A program made the translations under genes and the position numbers. Under the pieces are notes generated by a model. That model was not told where the DNA came from, ran no database searches, and was given only the letters and a program-made list of their open reading frames with translations. Shown in pieces: positions 1 to 7,503 of a stretch of 64,000 nucleotides of DNA (positions are counted from its first letter, which is position 1; every line of letters starts with the position of its first letter). Origin of the DNA: Planctomycetota bacterium (GTDB lineage Bacteria > Planctomycetota > Phycisphaerae > UBA1845); contig JAZDHF010000280.1 in assembly GCA_043806315.1 (NCBI GenBank), positions 2,972 through 66,971 on the forward strand, written 5' to 3'.

Positions 1-21
1 TAGGGCCTCCCGCGTGTCGTG

Positions 22-600
22 TCACTCGCCGCGGCGCTGGGCTTGGCTTAGCTCTTCGACCCGTCGCTGAAGCGCGGCCAGTTGTTCGCGGAGGTCGTCC
101 AGGCTTTCCTCCGTGGTTTGGCCGTCGGTTGGCGGCTCAGGCGGGGGTGCAACGACCGGATCCGGTGTCGGCGGAGCGCCGGAAAACGCTTGCATCATCC
201 GACCGGCCCATTCCAAGGGCGACGTGACGTTGGCCTGCATGGCCTGCCGCAGGTAGGCGTCGAATTGCTTCTGCGAGCTGGCGAACAAGCCCAGAAACGG
301 CCCGAACAACCGCTCCATCGACGAACGCAGCACCTGCCGGTCTGAGCGGATCATCAGGTGCAGGACGGAGCTGGGGAACAGGTCGAGCTTGGGTTCGTCC
401 TGCTCCAAAAGAATCTGGGTCAAAACGAGGTTGGTGATGTCGTCCCCGTTTCTCGAATCCGTGACGCAGACGTTCTTCCCGGACACGATGAGGTCGTGGA
501 CGTCCTGGATGGTCACGTGCCGGCTGTGGGTGGCGTCGTAGAATCGCCGGTTGGGGTACTTCTTGATTTGAATAACTTCCGGATGACGGCTGTCGAACAT
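22..600 (-). CDS. phaR: PHA synthesis repressor PhaR
   Basis: ORF 22..681. IKKYPNRRFYDATHSRHVTIQDVHDLI matches the PhaR N-terminal DNA-binding region. Start moved to the ATG at 600 (MFDSRHPEV). Divergent from the pha operon. Confidence 0.85.
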   Translation of the reverse strand: MFDSRHPEVIQIKKYPNRRFYDATHSRHVTIQDVHDLIVSGKNVCVTDSRNGDDITNLVLTQILLEQDEPKLDLFPSSVLHLMIRSDRQVLRSSMERLFGPFLGLFASSQKQFDAYLRQAMQANVTSPLEWAGRMMQAFSGAPPTPDPVVAPPPEPPTDGQTTEESLDDLREQLAALQRRVEELSQAQRRGE

Positions 601-741
601 GCGGAACCTCTCGATCCAGCGTCCCAATAAGCGTCGCAGAACCTCTGTTAGAGTACCGCAAACGCAGACGTTCGTCAACAATCGCGCTGTGTAATGTTCA
701 TAAGGCTATGTGTCTAATGAAGTTACGTGACAAACGAACAT

Positions 742-759
742 TTTGTGCGATCGCACAAA
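742..759. promoter_or_regulatory. Perfect 18-bp palindrome TTTGTGCGATCGCACAAA, candidate PhaR operator
   Basis: Read directly in the phaR/phasin divergent intergenic region. It contains TGC-N4-GCA and lies 7 bp upstream of the -35 box. Confidence 0.4.
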
Positions 760-765
760 TTTTCC

Positions 766-793
766 TTGACGCAACTGCACAATAGGGTATACT
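766..793 (+). promoter_or_regulatory. Sigma-70-like promoter (TTGACG, 16-bp spacer, TATACT)
   Basis: -35 TTGACG at 766-771 and -10 TATACT at 788-793, about 75 bp upstream of the ATG at 867. Confidence 0.5.
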
Positions 794-866
794 TTAGCCG
801 GTAACATCGAGGACGACGGTCCGACGATAAGATCGACCTAGTAGGGCTTTGAGGAGAATAGCACCC

Positions 867-1352
867 ATGGTGGCCGAAACGAAAGAAACGATGACGAAGG
901 TGTTTGATTGCGTGACGGAGAGCGTTCGGACGGCGTTTGACGCCGGCCGAAAGACCCAGGACGCCTGGTTCAAGGCGATCGGCGAGGTGTGGAAGCGTCC
1001 CGGTGATGTCGGCAACTTCTATGCAAACGGCGAGCGGGTGATGCGCGAGTGGGTCCCCTTCCTGGGCAAGAACCTCGAGGTGGCGACCCATTGCTGTGAC
1101 GCGGGCATGCGAACGGGCCTCGACGTGTTCAAGGCCGCATGTGACGCGACCGCCCAGCCGGGCGAGGCCGACCCCTACAACGCGACCCGCCAGATGTGGG
1201 ACGCGACGTTCGAGGCGGTCCGGACCAACTTCGACACGTTCGGCAAAGCCGGCGTTCGGACGATGGAGAACTGCTCGGCGTTCTGCGATGCCGTCTTGCA
1301 CGAGGAGACGGTCTCCAGGCCGATGAGCGGCCCGCCCAAGACCGCCAAGTAG
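867..1352 (+). CDS. Hypothetical helical protein, possible phasin (PHA granule protein)
   Basis: ORF 849..1352. GAGGAG lies 10 nt before the ATG at 867. No motif recognised. The call rests only on its position between phaR and the thiolase. Confidence 0.45.
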   Translation: MVAETKETMTKVFDCVTESVRTAFDAGRKTQDAWFKAIGEVWKRPGDVGNFYANGERVMREWVPFLGKNLEVATHCCDAGMRTGLDVFKAACDATAQPGEADPYNATRQMWDATFEAVRTNFDTFGKAGVRTMENCSAFCDAVLHEETVSRPMSGPPKTAK

Positions 1353-1455
1353 TTACGGCCGAACGTAGGCCCGCGGATAGATTTCTCCGCCGAGAGCGTC
1401 AGATTCAGGATGAGGCGTCCGCAGCGAGTGGAAGCGAGCGGAGGGAGGCTCATTC

Positions 1456-2640
1456 ATGCTGAAGAGTGTGTACGTGGCCGGCGGGGTGCGGACTCCGTTC
1501 GGGGCGTTCAACGGAGCGCTGGCGACGCTGGCAGCGCCGGCACTGGGGAGCATCGCCATCCGGGCCGCTCTTCAGAAGGCCGGAGTCGACCCCAAGGAGG
1601 TCGACGAGGTCCTGTTCGGCAACGTGATCGGGGCCGGTATCGGACAGAACCCGGCGCGGCAGGCTTCGCTCGGGGCCGGGATCGGCGTCGAGGTCGGCGC
1701 GACCACGATCAATAAAGTCTGCGGTTCCAGCCTGCGGGCGGTCATCCTCGCGGCCCAGGCGATCCAGTGCGGCGATGCCCGATTGGTCGTCGCCGGCGGG
1801 TGCGAGAGCATGACCGGAGCCCCCTATCTGCTGCGCAAGGCGCGGAGCGGTTACCGCATGGGCCACGGCGAGCTCGTCGACGCGATGATCTACGACGGGC
1901 TGTGGGACGTATATACCTCCCGCCACATGGGCACCTGCGGCGATCTATGCGCCCGCAAGTACAACATCTCCCGCGAGGAACAGGACACGTTCGCCATCGA
2001 GAGCTACACCCGCGCCATCCGCGCCTGGGAGGACGGCTTCTACGCGGTGGACGTGGTGCCGGTCGAGGTGAAATCGAAAAAGAGTTCGACGATCGTCGAC
2101 CATGACGAAGACGTGGCCAAGTTCCAGGGCGAGGAGAAGCTGCGTTCCCTTCCGCCGGCGTTCGGCCCGGAAAGCACCATCACCGCGGGCAACGCCTCGA
2201 AGATCAACGACGGGGCGGCGGCGATGGTCGTCTTCGACGACGACGCCAAGAAGGCGATGGGGCTCAAACCCGTCGCCCGCATCCTCGGCCACGCGAACGT
2301 GGCGATGGAGTCGGATTGGTTCACCATCGCCCCGATTTACGCCATCCGCAAACTCTGCGACCAGCTCAGGATCAAACCCGGCGACGTTGACCTGTACGAG
2401 ATCAATGAGGCCTTTGCGATCGTCGCGGTCGTGGCGATCCGTGAGTTGAAGTTGGATCGCAATCGGGTGAACGTCGCGGGCGGCGCGGTGGCGATCGGCC
2501 ATCCGATCGGGGCGACCGGGGCGCGGATCGTCAGTACGCTCACCCGAGCGCTGGAACGACACGATAAGACGCTGGGCATCGCGTGCTTGTGCATCGGCGG
2601 CGGCGAGGCCAGCGCCATCGCCATCGAACGTTGCCGCTAG
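1456..2640 (+). CDS. phaA: Acetyl-CoA acetyltransferase (beta-ketothiolase)
   Basis: 394 aa. VAGGVRTPFG N-terminus, active-site NKVCGSSLRA, C-terminal CIGGGEA. Confidence 0.9.
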   Translation: MLKSVYVAGGVRTPFGAFNGALATLAAPALGSIAIRAALQKAGVDPKEVDEVLFGNVIGAGIGQNPARQASLGAGIGVEVGATTINKVCGSSLRAVILAAQAIQCGDARLVVAGGCESMTGAPYLLRKARSGYRMGHGELVDAMIYDGLWDVYTSRHMGTCGDLCARKYNISREEQDTFAIESYTRAIRAWEDGFYAVDVVPVEVKSKKSSTIVDHDEDVAKFQGEEKLRSLPPAFGPESTITAGNASKINDGAAAMVVFDDDAKKAMGLKPVARILGHANVAMESDWFTIAPIYAIRKLCDQLRIKPGDVDLYEINEAFAIVAVVAIRELKLDRNRVNVAGGAVAIGHPIGATGARIVSTLTRALERHDKTLGIACLCIGGGEASAIAIERCR

Positions 2641-2654
2641 GAGGCGGCCGAGAT

Positions 2655-3125
2655 ATGGGCAACTACGACGCAAACAACCGCGGCGCCGCGAACGATCCGT
2701 TTTCGCGATTCTGGCTGGACCTGATGTCGAAGATGTCAGGGTCGGCGTTCGCGACGACAACGGCCCCCACGCAAGAAGAAACCATGAAGCGGATGCGGCA
2801 GGCGTTCTTCGACTCGTGGGCCACACACTGCGACGAATTCCTGCGCTCCGATGCGTTCCTCGACGTGCTGAAGAAGTCGATGGACAGCGCCTTGGCGTTC
2901 AAGCAGGAACTCAACGAGTTTCTGACCAAGGCGTTGCACGAGCAGCAGATGCCGGCCCGGAGCGACACCGATTCCATCATGCTCGTGCTGCGCAGCTTGG
3001 AAGATCGCGTCCTGGATCGGATCGACCGTCTTTCGCAACGCGTCGACGGCCTCGAAACGGCGGTATCGGGGACGTCCACCGACGCGGCCACAGGCAAACG
3101 CCGGCCCAAAGGGGTCCCCCAATGA
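2655..3125 (+). CDS. Small PhaE/PhaR-like partner subunit of class III/IV PHA synthase (putative)
   Basis: 156 aa from the ATG at 2655. C-terminal coiled-coil-like LRSLEDRVLDRIDRLSQRVDGLE. Its stop overlaps the phaC start (ATGA at 3122-3125). Confidence 0.5.
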   Translation: MGNYDANNRGAANDPFSRFWLDLMSKMSGSAFATTTAPTQEETMKRMRQAFFDSWATHCDEFLRSDAFLDVLKKSMDSALAFKQELNEFLTKALHEQQMPARSDTDSIMLVLRSLEDRVLDRIDRLSQRVDGLETAVSGTSTDAATGKRRPKGVPQ

Positions 3126-4222
3126 ACGCAACGTTCCCATCATTCATGCCTTGGATGACGACGCCGGACCAGATGCAAGAGCAGTGGATGGGCTTCGCCC
3201 GGAAAATGGCCCATTGGCCCAAGGCGTTGGAGGTCGCTCGCAAGGTGCGGGTCGGCGCCACGCCGAGCGATGCCGTGTTCCGCGTCGATAGGCTGCGCCT
3301 GCTGCGTTATTTCACTGACGTGGAGCAACAGTATTCGACGCCGCTGCTCGTGGTATTCGCCTTGGTAAACCGTCCGTACATTCTCGACCTGCGGCCCGGA
3401 AAAAGCGTCGTCAGCCACTTCGTCAACCGCGGCTTCGGCACCTACAATCTGGACTGGGGCATCCCCTCGGACGGCGATCGGTTCCTCAATATGCAGGACT
3501 ACATCGAGGGATACCTCGATACCGTCGTCGATCAGGTCCGCAAACGCTCGGGGTGCGATCAGATCAGTATTCTCGGCTACTGCATGGGCGGGTCGATGTC
3601 GGCCATGTATACGGCGTTGCATCCTGACAAGATCAAGAACCTCATTCTGCTGGCCGCGCCGGTCGATTGGTCCAATCGCGAATACCTGCTCGCCAAATGG
3701 ACGGATGCGTCCATCTTCGACGTGGACAAGTTGATCCACGTCTACGGCAACGCCCCGGCGGACCTCTTGCAGGGGTCGTTTCAGTTGCTCAAGCCCGTGT
3801 CCACGATGGTGGAAAAGTACTTCAGCTTCTACGAGAACATGGAGGACGAGAAGTTCCTCGAGGACTTCTTCGCCATGGAGACCTGGCTGAACGACAACAT
3901 CCCCGTCGCGGGCGAGATGTTCCGCCAGTTCGTGAAGTACTGTATGCAGCAGAATCTCTTGATTCAGGGGAAGCTGCGGATCAACGGGCGGTTGGTCGAT
4001 CTACGGAAGATCACGTGCCCGATCCTGAACTTGACGGCCACGCAGGACCACCTCGTGCCGGCGGAATTGAGCTTGCCGTTCAACGACGCCGTCGGTTCCT
4101 CGGACCGCAAGAGCGTCAACTTCCCGGCGGGGCACATCGGGATGGCCGTCGGCACCAAGGCGAATCGCGAGCTGTGGCCAAGCGTTTGTGATTGGCTGGC
4201 GGAGCGGTCGGACGCCGTGTAA
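3122..4222 (+). CDS. phaC: Class III-type poly(3-hydroxyalkanoate) synthase PhaC
   Basis: 366 aa from MNATFPSF. Lipase box GYCMGG. The size fits class III/IV rather than class I. Confidence 0.85.
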   Translation: MNATFPSFMPWMTTPDQMQEQWMGFARKMAHWPKALEVARKVRVGATPSDAVFRVDRLRLLRYFTDVEQQYSTPLLVVFALVNRPYILDLRPGKSVVSHFVNRGFGTYNLDWGIPSDGDRFLNMQDYIEGYLDTVVDQVRKRSGCDQISILGYCMGGSMSAMYTALHPDKIKNLILLAAPVDWSNREYLLAKWTDASIFDVDKLIHVYGNAPADLLQGSFQLLKPVSTMVEKYFSFYENMEDEKFLEDFFAMETWLNDNIPVAGEMFRQFVKYCMQQNLLIQGKLRINGRLVDLRKITCPILNLTATQDHLVPAELSLPFNDAVGSSDRKSVNFPAGHIGMAVGTKANRELWPSVCDWLAERSDAV

Positions 4223-4302
4223 GCGGAGTGCCACGGCTGTGTCAGCCGTGGTCTGCACCGCCCATGCGGCAGCGGTACAGCGAGTGAAGTCGCCGAGCGG
4301 GG

Positions 4303-5136
4303 ATGGACGACGACATGGAACTCAAAGGCAAGGTCGCGATCATCACCGGAGGAGCGAGCGGCATCGGGAGCGCGACTTGTCTGAAGCTCGCGGAGGAGCA
4401 GGTCAAGGCGATCGGCGTCGTCGACCAAATGGACGATGTGGAGGACATCTGCCGTGAGGCCGACCATCAGGCCGGACGCGAGTTGTTCATACCGTTTCGC
4501 GGGGACGTGGTGGACAGTTCATTTCGGGAGCGTGTATTCGCCGAGATGGAGAGCCGCTTCGGCGTGGTGAGTTTGTGCGTTCCCGCAGCGGGGATCACCC
4601 GCGACCGATTGTGCGTCAAGGTCTATCAGAACAACGGATGGGTCACGCCGAGCATCTATAGCGAAACCGACTTCCGGCGGGTCGCCGATGTCGACCTCCT
4701 CGCCCCCATCTACTGGGCCATGCGGACGGTGGGGTCGGTCGCCGTCGACCGGGCGAAACGCGGGCTGAAGGAGTGGAGTCCGGAAGAGTCCGTCCAGGGG
4801 GCCATCATTCTCATCGGCTCGATTTCATCGGCCGGGAACCGCGGTCAAATTTCGTACGCGACGGCCAAGGCGGGATTGGTGGGGGCCCAGGGAACCCTGT
4901 CCAAGGAGGCCATCTACTATGGCGTGCGCTGCGCGATCATTCATCCGGGCTTCACCGACACGCCGATGGTCCGGGCGCTCGGGGAGAAGATGATCCAGGA
5001 GCAGGTCCTGCCGAACACCCAACTGCGGCGTTTGATCCGTCCAAGCGAGATCGCCGGGGCGATCGTGTTCATGCTCAAGAACTCGGCCGTCAGCGGGCCG
5101 CTGTGGGCGGACGCGGGGTGGCATCCACACGCGTAG
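4303..5136 (+). CDS. SDR-family oxidoreductase (acetoacetyl-CoA reductase-like)
   Basis: TGGASGIG cofactor motif and SYATAKAG (YxxxK). Sits in the pha cluster. Confidence 0.8.
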   Translation: MDDDMELKGKVAIITGGASGIGSATCLKLAEEQVKAIGVVDQMDDVEDICREADHQAGRELFIPFRGDVVDSSFRERVFAEMESRFGVVSLCVPAAGITRDRLCVKVYQNNGWVTPSIYSETDFRRVADVDLLAPIYWAMRTVGSVAVDRAKRGLKEWSPEESVQGAIILIGSISSAGNRGQISYATAKAGLVGAQGTLSKEAIYYGVRCAIIHPGFTDTPMVRALGEKMIQEQVLPNTQLRRLIRPSEIAGAIVFMLKNSAVSGPLWADAGWHPHA

Positions 5137-5254
5137 TGGGTGCTTCAATCGGCGGCCCAACGGCGAGAGTTCCTTCGTCCGACACGCCCACCTCGCCGGG
5201 AGCGATAGACGCTCATACTCCCGGGATCAGAAAACGGGTAGCAGGGTGCCGGGC

Positions 5255-5725
5255 TCAGACGCTCTTGCCACGCGGTTTTCCGCGACGAAGAACCAAGGTG
5301 ACGCGACCATACGTCGCGCCCTCAAGATCTTCAAGCGCGTGCTCGATATCAACGAACTTCCCGAGCTTACTGGTCCAGTACCCGGTTGCGAGCTGCCGCG
5401 CTGCATGGGTGGGAACACCCTCCTTGTTCGCGAAAACAGCTATCTTCTCGTAGCCCTGCTCGACAGCGTGAGAATCGCACTCCTCATAGCCAAGAAACGA
5501 GTATGCTGACGCGTACGCTGCGACCGAGTACTCGACCGGCGAGCCTTCCGGCCAGAAGTACTGAGGGTGGGGCTCCCACCATTTGCCCTGGTCGCCCGCG
5601 GCCCAGGCGATGCAGTTGTACCGAACGTCGGACGGGCTCGTGATCGTATACCTCGCGGGGCGGAGTTTGGGGAACCTCGATTCGAGCTCGCCCTGGATCA
5701 GATCCACCGTTGTTCGTACCCCCAT
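5255..5725 (-). CDS. Hypothetical protein with candidate Cys/His hydrolase motifs
   Basis: ORF 5255..5818, ATG at 5725 (alternative GTG at 5707). Motifs YNCIAWAAG, PTHAARQ and DIEH. Last gene of the three-gene operon. Confidence 0.5.
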   Translation of the reverse strand: MGVRTTVDLIQGELESRFPKLRPARYTITSPSDVRYNCIAWAAGDQGKWWEPHPQYFWPEGSPVEYSVAAYASAYSFLGYEECDSHAVEQGYEKIAVFANKEGVPTHAARQLATGYWTSKLGKFVDIEHALEDLEGATYGRVTLVLRRGKPRGKSV

Positions 5726-6120
5726 CGGATCCAGGCTTCCGCCATGGCGTCGACGTCGCCGGAGGATGCCGGGGATACTGGATTGACTCCCGTGATGGCG
5801 TGTAACGCCCAGAACCAATGGTCGCGTTCACGTAGCAGTTCCCGTAGAAGGAGAGGCAGCGCAAGCGGTCCCATCCCGATGATTTGTTGGTAGGCTGGAT
5901 GCATGCACATTTGCGGAAGGGAGGAGAGAAACTTCGTTTCTTCTTTCCACACCTTTGCCAGCCGGGCGAACTTCTGCGGGACCGTCTCCATCTGTCGCGA
6001 AGCTGGATCCCAGTAGTGCTCGAGAACGCTGCCAAGCCGCTGACGCAGCGTTTGAGCGTCCGGGCTGCCGCCAGGAGTTTGGTCCGGGCCGGGCACCCAC
6101 GTGAACGGCTCGAACTTCAC
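5698..6120 (-). CDS. Hypothetical protein (helical, W-rich)
   Basis: ORF 5698..6171. The GTG at 6120 overlaps the upstream stop (GTGA), suggesting translational coupling. An alternative ATG lies at 6171. Confidence 0.5.
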   Translation of the reverse strand: MKFEPFTWVPGPDQTPGGSPDAQTLRQRLGSVLEHYWDPASRQMETVPQKFARLAKVWKEETKFLSSLPQMCMHPAYQQIIGMGPLALPLLLRELLRERDHWFWALHAITGVNPVSPASSGDVDAMAEAWIRWGYEQRWI

Positions 6121-6914
6121 CGCGGGGAAGTCACCGGCGCGCCGAGTCCGCCTTGGCTGGATGCTGGGCATTCGAATAGGTCCTCGGTTTCCTTCGTGAT
6201 GCTTTCAAAGAAAACGCGGTTCTTGACGTTTCGAAGTTGCTCGAAGCGGTCCCAAAGATCAACCGCGTCCGGAGCGCAAGTTTCCTCTTGGAACGCATCG
6301 ATGTCCAGGATGATTGGCACAACATCCCGAGCATCCGACTGAACAACCGTTTGCGTCACAATTGCGGTGGCGCGTGGGTTATCGAAGGGAATTACGAGCC
6401 TGATAAAGAACTCGGACAGGCCCTGGGGCAGCGTCCGAGCCACTTCCGGAGTTGTGTGAAACCACCGACGAAGGTCCACAACGGGCGGCGGAATCTCGAT
6501 CCGGTTGATGTACCGAACCGCCATACGAAGAATCTGAATCGGCCGAGTTAGGGCCTTGTATCGATCCCATAGAGCCTCAGCCTCATACTTCAACTGCTCC
6601 CACGTTTCATAGGGCTTCAAGCGACTGAAGGTGAACCCGTCTTGGCGAGCCTGGACGATCTGATTCCCTTCGGGGGAGACAAACAGATACCCATCGACCC
6701 TGCCGGTCGGCTCGTGCAAACGCGGAACCGCACCCGGGGCGACTTCGAACTGGCTCTGCCACGACGCACGCTCGCGGCGATTGGGATACTGCGCACGAAT
6801 GCCGTCCTGAAACGTGGACAACGTTTCCAGCGTCACCTTCGCGGGGAGCTTGACGCGGATGTCAATCAGCGCTTCCGTGATCGGAGCGTTGGGAAGGTGT
6901 GGCCACTGCGACAT
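6117..6914 (-). CDS. TIGR04255-like uncharacterised protein
   Basis: 265 aa. N-terminal NAPITEALIDIRV and overall length recall the TIGR04255 family. This is from memory and was not searched. Confidence 0.55.
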   Translation of the reverse strand: MSQWPHLPNAPITEALIDIRVKLPAKVTLETLSTFQDGIRAQYPNRRERASWQSQFEVAPGAVPRLHEPTGRVDGYLFVSPEGNQIVQARQDGFTFSRLKPYETWEQLKYEAEALWDRYKALTRPIQILRMAVRYINRIEIPPPVVDLRRWFHTTPEVARTLPQGLSEFFIRLVIPFDNPRATAIVTQTVVQSDARDVVPIILDIDAFQEETCAPDAVDLWDRFEQLRNVKNRVFFESITKETEDLFECPASSQGGLGAPVTSPR

Positions 6915-7148
6915 CGGTCCAATCCCGTCCTACGCTACGCCGCCCCAAGTACATGCACCGGAACACCTCACAAACCGGACGCCTTTTCGGAGTGATGCTA
7001 CGGCCTCGCGTGCGAGTTGTAAACACCGGGTCGCAGGTTCACCTTGGCGCTCGGCTTCCGACCTGCGGTGTGACGGCGCTTATCTCCGGCCCATCCGGCG
7101 CTCCGCATTCGCCCACGAGTCACCGGCCACATAGTCGGGTCATCGACC

Positions 7149-7292
7149 AGGGCAATCGCATCTTAATGTGAAACGGCGTTTATCATGCTGATAATGCGGA
7201 GGCAAGCTGGCGGGATTAAGGATCCCGAACTGATCGAACCCACGTACCAGCCGCGCCACGCGGGCTCCGGCGATTTAGATGCGATTGCCCTG
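7149..7292. mobile_element. MITE-like non-autonomous element, copy 1
   Basis: About 144 bp. Terminal inverted repeats (C)AGGGCAATCGCATCT at both ends. Flanked by direct repeat GGTCATCGACC at 7138-7148 and 7293-7303. About 98% identical to copy 2. Confidence 0.75.
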
Positions 7293-7503
7293 GGTCATCG
7301 ACCCGACGCTTTGTCCCGTGCGTGGGGACGATTCGTCGGCCCTGCAAATCCGACCTGCAACCGATATTCACCCCGACCCCCCTTTATCACTACTGGGACA
7401 AGCGTTTTTGCACGTCTACAGACCCCTTTGCCAGTACTGATAACCCGCATAGAGGTGAACATCGGCTGCAAGTACAACTCTGCACTCCCCCACGAATCAC
7501 CAG

